In this document: piece by piece, positions 39,463-52,050 of the stretch
Numbering within the stretch: position 1 is the first letter of the stretch
Layout of the letters: every line of letters begins with the position of its first letter
Assembly: GCF_006345805.1 (NCBI RefSeq)
Contig: NC_043007.1
Coordinates: 55,676,001 to 55,740,000 of the forward strand
Reading direction: 5' to 3'
Source of the DNA: Octopus sinensis
Taxonomy: Eukaryota
DNA: 64,000 nucleotides
Made by a program: the position numbers and the translations under genes
The notes under the pieces: generated by a model
The model's input: only the letters and a program-made list of their open reading frames with translations
Told to the model about the DNA's origin: nothing
The model's database searches: none

Positions 39463-39813
39463 ATATTATAAAGTAAGAGCAGGAAAGTTACATCAAAACA
39501 TCTTCACAGAAGACATACGTCCAAAATAATTTTGTATTGATACATAAATATATAAAGTATGATTATTTAGAAAGTTTAAAAGTTTAAAATATCTTACGAT
39601 CGTTTCATGAACGTATTACCCTTCGAAATGGAATCTAAAATAGATAATTACCTATTTTAGATTCCATTTCTAAAGATATTTTAAACTTTTAAACTTTCTA
39701 AATAATCATACTTTATATATTTATACATCTATCTATCAATACAAAATTATTTTGAACGTATGTCTTCTGTGATAATTCTTTGATGTAACTTTCCTGCTCT
39801 TACTTTATAATAT
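39463..39813. repeat. Fold-back, about 350 bp, with a 29-nt one-sided bulge
   Basis: Outer arms 39463-39595 / 39673-39813; inner stem 39625-39643 / 39652-39670; unpaired 39596-39624. Confidence 0.92.
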
Positions 39814-39819
39814 ATAATC

Positions 39820-41260
39820 GCTCTTATTAGAAATTGGAGATGTGTTCACAGAAATGAGTTTTGTTCTTACCTTTTGAGGGGGTGTAGTTACTTCTATTTC
39901 CAACCAACGATTCATCCTCGTTGTATTTGTCGTATAGCTCCTCAGCGAGTCGTAATTTTCTACAGAATTCTTTCATTTCATTGTAGTTAGGGCGTTGTGG
40001 GGTGGGTGTAAACTCGAGCCCTTTGGAGAGTATATTGATTTGGTTTACTGCTAGTTCTTTGTGAGTTTGATTGATAATCTTTATCACTTTTGGTTCCTCC
40101 TGTCTGTTTGGTGCTATCTTGTGTCTCTATGTTTGCGTATTGGGTCTAAAAACCGATTGCGGTGGTTGGGACGGTAGCTATCATGTAGTTGTTCCTTGTT
40201 GTTGTGGGGTGCCCTGTTGTGATTTATGGTGTGGGTTCTTGGAACGGTATTGAAAAGTGTGTCCCGATATCCCATGTTCAGATGTGGTGTTTTAGGGGGC
40301 CGTCGTTGGTAATTATTGCGTGTGGTATGGGTTTGTTGTGCATGGTTGTTTAGTAGATTGTTGGAACGAAAGTTTTGTTGGTAACTCCTTATGGGGGGAG
40401 GGAGGTTGCAATGTCTATCCTTCGGGTAGTGATTTTTCCTTTCTCTGTTTGAAGTTAGGGTACTACCGATATTGTATCGCTGGTGGCTTACAAAGTTAGG
40501 GTTAAGTACTGTATTCTTTTTTTTGGCAGGGGTGATGGTTCCGATTTTTAGACAGGCGTGAATCAGTGTTTGAGTGTTGTTTTGATTTTCTTATTTTCAG
40601 GAAAAGGTTGTTGGAAGCGTGCTCTGTTTGAAAGATGGTTTCATAGTTTGAGAACCAAGAGGCGCTTTTCTCCCAGCGTTGGAGAGATTTCAAGTCTTCT
40701 TTATCACAATCCTCTTTCCATAGTTTGGAGATCTTCTCTTGGGTCATTTTGCTAATTTCTTGGTTGATCTCTTCATCAGTGGATTTTACATTATCTTCAT
40801 TCTATTTCCATTTTCATCTTTTCCAGTGCCATTTTTTCCCTGAAGCGTCTTTGTGTTTCAGGTTCATCTGTAATAGCTTTGATCTGGAATTTACGTGGGA
40901 GAATTAACGGTATCCGATTGAGCCATTTTTTGTATATATCCGCTTTGTTGTTTTGGATCATCTTCCAAAAGGCGAACTTTCTATCTCAGAGTGATTTGTT
41001 CCATCGTGGTACTATGTGGTGTTTCATTTGGTATGTTGTGAGAGTATTGATCCCATATGCTGTCTCGTTTGGAGGTCCTTGATTCATGTTGTTAGAAAAA
41101 AATGTTCTAATTGTTTCGCATAAGTTTCCAAGGTTTTTCGACGATTTCGGAGGTTGCATTTTTCGTATCGATTTCCTCATTGTTCTCTCGATTTGGGTGA
41201 TGTATCGAGTTGAATTTGTTCAAAAACGTTAACAGATTTGTGTTATTTAAACTAGTCGAT
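39820..41260 (-). mobile_element. N-terminal part of a Penelope-like ORF, broken off before the RT core
   Basis: WNKSL*DRKFAFWKMIQNNKADIY, IINQTHKELAVNQINILSKGLEFTPTP, EFCRKLRLAE and DESLVGNRSNYTPSKG. Stops and frameshifts. Confidence 0.75.
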
Positions 41261-41479
41261 ATATGTATGTAAGTGTGTGTTCTGATTATAAGTGTATGAG
41301 TGGAAAACTTCACACTTGTGAGTATGCACATCACGATGAAACTGAAGTGTATATTTCATTATCTTTATGTCTGTGTACCCATATGTATTTCATATGTACT
41401 CATATGTTCTTTTCTGTTTTTAATTATCCGAAGCCTTGTAAGGAAGGAGTTAGTTTTTAAAAAGATACAAAGTCCCATC

Positions 41480-43700
41480 GTTGGAATATAGTTAACAAAA
41501 ACAATATCACATTCTCAACTTGAGGAAAGTCTTGCATATTTTTACTGTTTCACTTATAGGTTATATTTGCAATGTGGTGTTAGCAGGTTGCTTTGTTTTT
41601 TCTGAAAACCCCAACAATTTTAGATTCCCATTTAGCTACAAATTATTATAAGTATAAATGTGAATTTACAATATGGGTATAGAAACTGGAGGTTTCGAAG
41701 CAGTTGTTCGTAATTATCCTCTGTGATTTTCGAAGAGATATACCGACCAGCTCAGCAGAGCAACTGATCTCTTTTGTGGTGTGACTATAGAGATCAGCTG
41801 CTCTGTTCTGATGGTCTATGGGAGTCGTCAGGAAGAGATTACTTCATGAGGAGCTCACTACCGACATTTAGGACATTGTTCTCTTCACTCTTCAACACTA
41901 GGTCCATATATTTATCTTTGCTGTTGCTGCCGTCTAGCAGGTGCTGTCAGAGAGAGACTATACGACACTCGAAGGCTGTCTGCACTGTTTTTAAGTTTCT
42001 TTGTTCTTCATCTCTTCTTAGGTGGACCCTCTCAATATCACTGTTTGTGTGGAAGTTTCCAGTTTGTCAGGATCTGGCAGGTTTTAATGTCCATAGATTT
42101 ACTCTACAGACCAGTGAAATGCTACCCCAAATGTTGGTATGAGCACTGGTACTGCGAAAGCATTTTGGAGTATTGTCTTGTTACAAGAGGAAAGTTTCGA
42201 CTGCCATACTTTAAAAAAATTTTGGTATAATATTCTCGGGTCACTCTGTTTTTATTCACAGTACCTTAATTATATGTTTTCATCATTCTTGTAACATTCT
42301 TTGTGTGGAACAGGAGAGATAGAGAGAGACCACAGATGCACAGGTTCTGGGTTTAGGAGACTGATTCTCTACGTTCATCAATCAAATACAAACGCTTCCC
42401 TTGACTATATTCGTATGTCAGCTGAAAATTTAATTAAGCCCAGCTGTTTTTGGCATTGCAAACGTTTTTAGCATAGATCTTTCAATCATCCATAAAGAAA
42501 TTATGGATTACATTGGTATCGCTAGCAGTTGAAGATCCTAGCATGTAGGTATTGGATTTTCGTAAGAGAAGTGATAACGGATTTGATGCCAAAATAAACA
42601 AAATTACAGAATGACTATCTCATTAGAATACACTCTTTGAAATATTTATAACATCGTAGATGGCCTTCCAGTTCTCTTTCTGTGTGAAGATTGTTGTCTA
42701 GATTTTGTGAGCCTCACAGTAGCTGCATCTAATGTAACTGGTACTTATAGTAAATTCAAAGACTTCGGCAAACTACGAGCACAGTTTTATTTACCAAAAG
42801 TTGCTTGGTACATCCCAGCACTTCTTTCTTTCTACCTGCCTGCTCATAGTCATGATGTTGTTGGACTCACATTGATCTTGGAGGAATTGTTTGAGACAGG
42901 TTGTGCAAAGCTTGTACATAGAGTTTAGCTAGAACGGGTTTGTAGTTTTCTACCAAGTCAATGGTTTCATTTGTGGCTAAAAGGTTCTTTCTTATAGCAA
43001 ACCAATTTGGATGTCAATCTGATCTTGGATGTCCACATTATATTATTATGTCTCATCCAGATACCTTCCCATTATATAGTTTGTCTATTGCTATGGTGAA
43101 AATTTTAGTGTCGATTGTAAATATTTTACTGTCGATGTTGGTATATCATTCTTTCCCAGCAGAATTTAGCCATGATGCATCCTGGTTGAAATGTCTCTTT
43201 TCATTCCAGATTTTAGACGAGAATGATTCAAGATATTCTTGTGAAGGAGATTTCTTAACGGTAATGTTTTCCTACCCCTTCTCACAATATAATGCCTGTG
43301 TATTGAAAACAAAGTTATAAGTTATTCTAGTTTGCTCGAAAGTGTTTCGGCGGTAAAGAAATTTTTGTTTCTCGTCCTGATTTCGTGCTTTAGAGTAATT
43401 AAATTTCCCTCAAGAGTTTGGCGTAAAGAATCACCCGAGACTTTTGTTAATTTTTTGCGAAAATTATCAGGTGTGAACTTATGAGCTCCCTTACATTTTA
43501 CTACCGTGGCAACTCAGGTTATCGATACTTTCTTTAAGTTTTGTTTTCTATCTAAGTTGTTTCCGTTTTCGTCTGCCGTCAGTAATACTCGTGGTTATTC
43601 ATATTATTTCAGCTTTTAAACTGTATACGTTAATTTGCAATGACAACATGGTTGTATAAACCCAAGGTAGTTTGTGTGAGACAGTCATAATTATTAATTG
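41480..43700 (-). mobile_element. Decayed, internally deleted RLE-type LINE
   Basis: DHCESNNIMT.EQAGRKKEVLGCTKQLLVNKTVL, VWQSKLSSCNKTILQNAFAVPVLIPTFG, NFHTNSDIERVHLRR and terminal ISETVKICKTFLKL (same family as 103-330). Confidence 0.75.
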
Positions 43701-44994
43701 TAATACGGCTAAAGTACACGAATATTGGATGTTGCTACAGTTTCTTTTTCCATAAAGTTGACAATATGTTTGGTATTACTGCAAGATTATCAAAGGTCTG
43801 ACTTAGAAGAATTATTTTATTCAGTTCTGTTCCACATTAAGTTCGTATAATGTTAATCTGAACATTTTAAGATCGCAATATGGTCAATTAAACTTAATTA
43901 ATATTCCATTTCCTGCTGTGACAGTAGATCTTTTCAGTGTGACAAGATTGATCACATGTGATAAGATTAGTTTAATACAAAGTCCTTCATGTGAAAGAAC
44001 AAGTTCTCCAGTGAACGTCCAGGCGATGCATATTTGGTCGCTGTTCTCTCTGTGCTTTGTTTAATTCGTCATGTTTCATTACATGTTTCTTCAGAATTCT
44101 TGTTGTTGCAGACGTCAACGACCGAATTTCTGCTCTTTCTAGTAAATATCTTGCCTGGCATTAGAGGAATCAGCAATTTTTAGAAATTCAAATGAAAATC
44201 CATTTAAAACAGCAAAACATTTTTTAATTGTTCAGTAACAGAAATTACACGCGTGCGCGCGCACTACTCTCGCACACGCACACGCACACACGCACGCACG
44301 TACGCGCGCACACACACACACACACACGCATGCACATATATATGTATACATAATTTAGACATAAGTTAGCTAAAAGAAATAACTCTCATTGGCCAGTGGC
44401 AGGTGTAATATATGAATAACCTAGATAAATATGCGTACATGAATACCATTCAACAAAAATGATTGATTTATTAAAATTATCTCCGCCTATAGAAGTTGTA
44501 TCACAGTTTAGTAAATGAAAATCAAAACCAGCTCCATATGAGAAAGGGAGATAATCTCAGGAATCAAAGTTAACTCACTATTTCGAGCAAGACATTATTA
44601 TAAGAATCAATACTGGGGTTCTCTTACAAGGTTCACAGTAATTCCGGAATAACACGTAATTAGGTCATTTTCCTCATAGATATTACAAAAAAAAAGTTGG
44701 CTCATGTTATGAGAAATATTAAGTTAGACAGAGGAAGATAAAAGTAGAAAGTGGCAGAGAGAATAAGAGAGAGATTGAAAAGGAAAGAAGAGAGAAAAAG
44801 ATCAATGTTTCATAAAGTGTAGCGGATTTATGTAAATATGAGAGTTTAAAAAGAACTCAGCACTAACAACAACAACAACAGCAATAATAATAATGAACAA
44901 TCTGGTGTGATTATTTTAATAGCCTACAAATGTATACAGTGCGTTCCTCTGCCCTAGGTGTCGGAAAGACATTCGGCAAGAAAAGGAAACAGAA

Positions 44995-45039
44995 TTGATG
45001 ATGATGATGATGAGGATGAGGAGGATGATGATGATGATG

Positions 45040-45095
<56 letters not shown>
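44995..45095. repeat. (GAT)n/(AAT)n microsatellite
   Basis: Direct reading. Confidence 0.9.
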
Positions 45096-45097
<2 letters not shown>

Positions 45098-45758
45098 CGG
45101 AAGCCATAGGATAATCATAAATATCATAAAATAGTTGATTTATCAGTTATGCACACACAAACACACACACACCACTATGCAAAACACCTTCTAAAAATAA
45201 AGAATAATCTCATACTGTAAATACCCAACAAAATGTACAAAACCCACATGTACCATAGAAAGTCGATGCCCGACAGAAGAACACAACCAATGCTGCACAA
45301 ACAACACACAATATAAAAACTAATACAATAGAAGACTCACTCCAAACCCCATAACAAAACGTAAATAAAATATTCCTCACAAAAAAAAATCAGCACAAAG
45401 GTGCAACAAATGATGCAATATAAAGTTGCTTGAAACTTTCAGACGTCGAAAAATAATAGTGGTGCAACAAAGGTGACGAACATTACCTTACCCCAGTTTA
45501 TGAGAGGTAAGAGTTTACGAAGAAACAGCAAAAATGAAGCTGGACCTTTAAGGGAAGACCTCTCGCTCGGCAGTGGTTCAGTAAAGATCTAGACTAACTA
45601 CGGCTAATATCCTAATACAGCATCAGTAGATAATAGAGCAAAGAAGAGGAAGTAGGCCAGCGAAGAAAACGGGATAGGGATGCTGTGCTACTTAAGAAAG
45701 TGAACCTAAACGAAGTGGTTATGAGAAACGGATTTTTCTTTTTTTTCTTTTATTCTTT

Positions 45759-45978
45759 TACTTGTTTCAGTCATTTGACTGCGGCCATGCTGGAGCACCG
45801 CCTTTAATCGAGCAACTCGACCCCGGGACTTATTCTTTTGTAAGCCCAGTACTTATTCTATCGGTCTCTTTTGCCGAACCGCTAAGTTACGGGGACATAA
45901 ACACACCAGCATCGGTTGTCAAGCAATGCTCGGAGGACAAACACAGACACACACACACACACGCATATATATATATAC

Positions 45979-46011
<33 letters not shown>

Positions 46012-46177
46012 CATATATACGATGGGCTTCTTTCAGTTTCCGTCTACCAAATCCACTCACAAGGCTTTGGTCGGCCCGAGGCTATAGCAGAAGACACTTG
46101 CCCAAGGTGCCACGCAGTGGGACTGAACCCGGAACCATGTGGTTGGTTAGCAAGCTACTTACCACACAGCCACTCCT
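45759..46177 (-). mobile_element. Near full-length tRNA-derived SINE (OR/OK-like, Deu/Nin-type)
   Basis: A box tggctgtgtgg and B box ggttcagtccc on the minus strand, a central ccaaagccttgtgagtggatttggtagacggaaactg domain, and an internal (TA/TG) tract. Confidence 0.92.
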
Positions 46178-46199
46178 TAGCATTCTGGGTAGAGAAGGA

Positions 46200-49100
46200 T
46201 ATATTTAAAGTGACTGAGTAGAGATTAGTTGATCAAGCTAATACTATTAGGAGAAGAAATTGGATGACAGAATTAGAGGTAACAAAAGAAATTGGATGAT
46301 AGAAATGGAGGTAAAAAAGATTTGAAGAGAACTGTAAAAGAAAGACCAGGCAGTGGGGAAGACAAACAACAACATAAGAGATGCAGCTCAAACCAAAGAA
46401 GAACCTAAAGGAACAAAATGATAATAGTGCCACCAATAAGGAAGGGACAACTGGCACCATCGACATAAGTGATTTAAGTGAGGATGATCAAAAGATTTTA
46501 GATGAATTGCAGAAACTAATGAGTAAAGAAGAAAAAGATTGTCAGCATCAAAAGACGCAAACACAAGGAAGCTGCTAGAAATGACTAGGAAAGTAGATTC
46601 TATTATCAGTAGTATAGATACTAAAAATATAGGAGTTAGTAACTTATTGATTTATGCAGGAGGAGTAGTAGTCACCAGAAGATTAGATAACTCACAGGTA
46701 AAGATTTAAAAATAGCAAATGTGGAAAAGGGGACAACAAAATAAAGTGAAAACTTTAAGACAAGATCTGAGTAGAATAGAAGCCTGGAAATTGAACAAGG
46801 TAGAAAACAGGATGCGAATCCGCCCTCGAGAAATGATACTTAGTTAAAGAGAAAGGATTTAGGACAGTAATAGAAGAGTTAAAACAGCATATCATAGCAG
46901 GCAACCTCTCTAGATATCAGAAAAGAATAGATTGGTATCAACAGAATAGATTATTTGAAACAAAGTAGAGGAGATTTTATAATTAAATAAATATTGGAGA
47001 ACGAAGTACTGAAGATACGAAACCTAATGCAGAAGAAGCTAGAAAGTTCTGGAGTAATATTTGGGATAATCCACTCAATCATAATGGAGATGCAGTATGG
47101 TTAAAGAAAGTGAGGAAAGAAGTAGTGAATGAGAAGCAGCCAGATCTAAGATTAACTAGTGCATTAATGAGTAAAGTGTTAGGAAATGCCGAATCGGAAG
47201 GGCCCAGGACCAGATTTGATTGAAGGGTACTGGCAAAAGAAATTCAGTAGTTTACACGGGAGGCTGAGGGAACAACTTCAGGATTGTCTTAATGGAGGAA
47301 TAATACCAGATTGGATGATTAGAAGGAGGACAATACTAATTATGAAAGATAAGAGCTAGGGTATTACAGCTAGCAACTATAGACCAATTACTTGCTTACC
47401 ATTAGTGTGGAAGCTGTTTACAAGAAATCTCTCAGAAAGCATTTAGGAGCCCTTTGACAACCAGAATTTACTACCAGAAGAACAGAAAGGTTGTAGGAAG
47501 AAAGCCAGAGGAAAGTATGATCTATTATATATAGACAAAGCAGTTCTAAATGAAGTAAAATCTAGAAAGAAAAATTTAGCAATATCATGGATAGATTATA
47601 GGAAAGCTTATGACATTATCCCACACTCATGGATAAGTGAATGTTTGAGTATATTCAGTATAACAGACAACATAAAAGAATTAATAAGCTGTAACATGAA
47701 GAAATGGAAAGTAGATCTCTATTCAGGTGGCACCCTTAGGGAAAGTTAATTTCCAGGGGGACTCGTTATTCTTTTTAATATTTGTCTTATGTTTGATTCC
47801 CCTTGGTTTAGTACTAAGGAAGGCGATGACAGTGTATCAGTTCAGAAATAGTAAGGGAAAAAATAACCATTTGCTCTACATGGACGATCTGAAGCTTTTT
47901 AGTAAGAATGAAAATGAGATAAATTCCTTAATACAGACTGTAAGACTCTTCAGCAAAGATACAGGCATGGAATTTGGCAAAGATAAGTATGCAATATTAG
48001 TCATGAGAAGGGGACAGTTAGTCAACAGCGAAGGCATCCGATTACCAGAAGGCCAGGCGTTAAAAAGCATTGAAAGGTGGGGAAAGTTATAAGTATCTAG
48101 GAATATTAGAATCTGAAAGAGTACTAACTAGAGAAATGAAAGCGAAAATTGAGAAGCTGTACATCAGAAGGGTGAGGAAGCTAATGAAGTCAAAGCTAAA
48201 TGGTCCGGATCTAGTGAAGGCTGTAAATACTTGGGTGGTATCATTATTTAGATACTCAGCAGCTTTTGTAGATTGGACAAAAACTGAATTAGCAAAGCTA
48301 GACAGAAGTAGAAAGGAATTCAATATGAATGGCGGACTCCATTCAAGAGCGGGAGTAGCAAGATTATACGTACCCAGAAAGGAAGACGGAAGAGAGTTAA
48401 TATCAGTAGAAGACTGCGTGGAGTTAGCTAGAGTAGATATAGACTCCTGTGTATGTAATAGTGAATCAAATTTATTAAAAGCTGCTGGAGTCAAGGCAAG
48501 ACATAGGGAAAGCAAAAAAAAAAAAGAAATTAAAAACCCAGAAAAAGAACAGAAATTATCTGTTTGGTAGGAGAAGGCGTTGTATGGTAGATTCCCACAG
48601 ATAGTAGCAGCAAATAATAGTAGTAAGAAGGCAATGGTTATGGTTGCAGAAAGGAAAGCCGAAGAGGAGGGAGACAGAAAGGTTTTTAGTAGCTGCACAA
48701 GATTAATTTAAGGACTAATCGGATAAAAGCCAAGATAGACAAAAACCAAGTAGATCCCCAATGTAGATTATGCAAAGCAAAAGAGGAAAGTGTTTCTCAT
48801 ATAGTAAGTGAATGTAGCATACTGGCACAGAAAGAATACAAGAAAAGACATGACAATCTAGGGAGAGCAATCCACTGCAAGCTTTGAAGAAAGATAGGAT
48901 TTGAACATACTGATAAATGAACCTAGTTATGTACTAGGAAGTAAGAAATAAAAAAATATTATGGGACTTTAACATTCTGACTGACATAGAAGCTAGAAGG
49001 TCTGATTTGGAAGTAGTAGATAGAGAGAATAGAAAGTGCCAGATAATTGACTTTACAGACCCAAATGATGAAAAATTAATATGAGAAGTATAGAAAAAAT

Positions 49101-49375
49101 AGCAAAGTACCAGGACTTAGCCATTGGATTACAGAGACTATGGAAAGTGCGGGTAAAATGTATCCTAGTAGTTATAGGTGCATTGGGAACTATCTCTAAA
49201 GATCTAAACAGATGGATAGAGGAAATAGGCATAAAACCAAGTTTAGTACAACTCCAGAAAACAGTATCATTAGGGAGAGCTAGGGTACTTACGAGGATTC
49301 TTGGCATCTGAAACTACTTGTTGCTCGATGTTAGGATTCTCTTCTTTTCCAAAAGTCTAATCTGTTGAGTGTATA

Positions 49376-49441
<66 letters not shown>

Positions 49442-49465
49442 GTAATAATAATGGTAATAGCAATA
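46200..49465 (+). mobile_element. Long R4/Dong-like RLE LINE pseudo-element with an (AAT)n 3' end
   Basis: NYRPITCLPLVWKLL, EEQKGCRK, WIDYRKAYDIIPHSW, FQGDSL, YMDDLKLF, YKYLGILE, CKAKEESVSHIVSEC..RHDNL, RRSDLEVVDRE..QIIDF and VVIGALG. The ORF ends at 49311 and (AAT)n starts at 49378. Confidence 0.92.
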
Positions 49466-49789
49466 ATAGTTTTAAAGGATTGATGTATCTCTTCACAGAT
49501 ACAAATAGACAATACGAAGAGCGCGATGGGATTGCAAAACATATTTCATTGGCTGAGCGATATTTCGAAGGTAGCCTGTCTTTGTCGAGTTTAATATAAA
49601 AATGATAAAAATTAAAAATTATAGAGATTCAAATCCAAAATATGAACAAGAGCAACCAGCGTCCACACGTTGATGGAATGGCATCATCAGTCTTTAAAGT
49701 TCAATTTTACAACTGGCAAAATGAAAAAGAAAGAAGAAAATAGTGGAAAAAAGAAAGGGAAAGAAAAAGAAAAGGAGAGAAAAAGTAAA

Positions 49790-49991
49790 AAATTTCAAAT
49801 TGGGTCTTGAGTAGAAATAATAAATTGAATACCAATGAAACATTGGTGTCGATGTAATCGATTAGTCAGCACCCCCAAATTCGAGGCATGTGACTCCAAT
49901 AGAAAGGATCATCATCATCATCATCATTATTATTATTATTATTATTATTAAGGTGGCGAGCTGGCAAAATCGTTAGCACGCCGGGCAAAAT
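49790..49991 (+). mobile_element. SINE 3' part with (CAT)n(TAT)n tail, followed by a 40-bp SINE head (Meta-domain type)
   Basis: taccaatgaaacattggtgtcgatgtaatcga...aatagaaaggat tail, then ggtggcgagctggcaaaatcgttagcacgccgggc. Confidence 0.75.
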
Positions 49992-50335
49992 ACAAGGTAT
50001 GCGATAAGGAAGAAAGAGAAATCGATAGATATAACAGGCTAACTCGGGAGGTTAAGCAGTCGTGGTCGCTGAAAAAGGTGGTAGTAGGTAGTAGTAACAA
50101 TTATTGTCGGAGCCCTGGGAACAGTGAGTAAAAATCTTGAGAAGTACATGGAACAAATAGGGGCTGCAATAAGGGTGCAGCACTTCCAGAAAACAGCACT
50201 GCTTGGAGCCCGAATACTTCGGATGGTGCTCGAAAAATAAGTTTACTGATAGTGAACAGCTGACACCGTAGTACATCTCCAGCATTAGAAGCTGTGCAAA
50301 TACAACAAAACAATAACAATAATAATAATAATTAT
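49992..50335 (+). mobile_element. 3' end of a second R4/Dong-like LINE
   Basis: KEEREIDRYNRL.REVKQSWSLKKV..IIVGALGTVSKNLEKY..IG...FQKTALLGARILRMVLEK*, with an AAT-rich tail. Confidence 0.8.
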
Positions 50336-50337
50336 TT

Positions 50338-50552
50338 AAAGCGATGACCTGGTAGAATCGTTAGCACGCCGGGCGAAATGCTTAGCGGTATTTCATCTGC
50401 CTCTTTGTTCTGAGTTCAAATTTCGTCGAGGTTGACTTCACCTTTCATCCTTTCGGGGTCCATAATTTGAGTACCAATGAAACACTGGGGACGATGTAAT
50501 CGACTAGCCTCCTCCTCCAAGTTTCAGGTCTTGTGCCTCCAATAGAAAGGAT

Positions 50553-50642
<90 letters not shown>

Positions 50643-50762
50643 GTTGGTGAGGTGGCAGAATCGTTAGCACGCTGGGCAAAATGCTTAGCGGTATTTCGTC
50701 CGCGTTTACGTCCTGAGTTCAAATTCCGCTGAGGTTGATTTGGTCTTTCATCCTTTCGGGGT
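50338..50762 (+). mobile_element. Tandem Meta-domain type tRNA SINEs (full copy 50338-50640 with (TAC)n(TAT)n tail; truncated copy 50641-50762)
   Basis: A-box-like tgg(c/t)agaatcg, B box gagttcaaatt, and a central cctttcatcctttcggggtc motif. Confidence 0.85.
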
Positions 50763-51095
50763 GATCTTATATCAAGATAAACAGCACATGACCTTGCAGG
50801 TAGGGCCCAGTTAAAATTTTCTTCTGGTCGAGTAACCCATCCCTCTCAAAAGGTCCTTGAATAAGGGTTGTTTAAGGATGTTGAACGAAACACCCATGTT
50901 TCCAGAAGTGAATTATTCAAACTCCAAAGAATCCCTCTCAACACATGGCTATGATGCTTCCCCTACTACTTCTACTCGTGATCAGAGATGCACATATCGT
51001 CAACCACTAAGGGACATGCTCAACTGGTTAAGGTCAAACAACTGACAAGCAAATCTGTGGTATTGAGCAGAATATTTGCTGTAGCCCATTTTTAT
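50763..51095. mobile_element. Unclassified interspersed repeat fragment
   Basis: A GC-elevated block that I recall as a recurrent octopus repeat. It occurs only once here, so this cannot be checked within the window. Confidence 0.4.
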
Positions 51096-51218
51096 TATTA
51101 TTGTTGTTATTACCTCTACCTTAGTGAAGGCGGAGGTATGGAACAACAGGAATATTGGTACATAAATTTATACTATAATTTCATAAACCAGATTTTTCAA
51201 ACTTGATATTTTGAGATA

Positions 51219-51378
51219 GGTGCAGCCGTGGGTGTGTGGTAAGAAGCTTGCCTCCCAACCACCTGGTTCTGGGTTCAGTCTCACTGCGTAGTACCTTGAG
51301 CAGGTGTCTTCTACCGTAGCCTGAGGTCGACCCAAACCTTGTAAGAGGATTTGGTTGACGGAAATGGAATGAAGCCCG

Positions 51379-51474
<96 letters not shown>

Positions 51475-51680
51475 TTATGTGCGTGTACCCTCCACCACCA
51501 CTTGAAAACCGGTGTTGGTGTGTTTACAACCACGTAACTTAGTAGTTCGGCAAAAGAACCAATAAAATAAGTAGCACTAGCTAAAAAAAAATAAGTACTG
51601 GGGTCGATACATTTAACCAAAAATTATTCAAGGCGGTGCTTCAGCATGGCCGCAATGAAATGACTGAAACAAGTAGAAGA
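51219..51680 (+). mobile_element. tRNA-derived SINE (OR/OK-like, Deu/Nin-type), diverged copy
   Basis: Collinear with 57209-57607, with an expanded internal (TA)n(TG)n tract. Confidence 0.88.
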
Positions 51681-51934
51681 TAAAAGAAAAGGCAACTAAA
51701 ATTTAAAAAACAAAATAGATCCGTTTGTATTATAGATTGTATTATATAATCAAATAAGATTTTGGTAAATCTTGTAGAATGCCATGCAAAGCTTGCCCAC
51801 AGTTATTGGCAACATGATCTCATTATGCAGAGGAAACTTTCCTGCTTCTGGATAGGCATAAAAAATTCCATAGTAGCTGCAGAGTTTATATAAATTGATA
51901 AAAAAAGAGAAAATGGAGCGAACGGCATTCTTTA

Positions 51935-52050
51935 TTTAAACCACTACGATGGTTTCGACACATTTTCACTTGTAGCATATTGGTGAGATGTTGTGTAATC
52001 ATTATCATACAACTAAGGTGTAAAATGCGCATCCTCAAGTGATTTTTAAA
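51935..52050 (-). ncRNA. Decayed type I hammerhead, solo copy
   Basis: The minus strand reads aatcac-TTGAGGA-tgcgcatttt(a)cac...gtgaaaatgtgtc-GAAAC-catc-GTA-gtggtt. Stem I has 6 bp, stem II about 13 bp, and the triplet is GUA. There is a C3>T change in the core. Confidence 0.6.
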
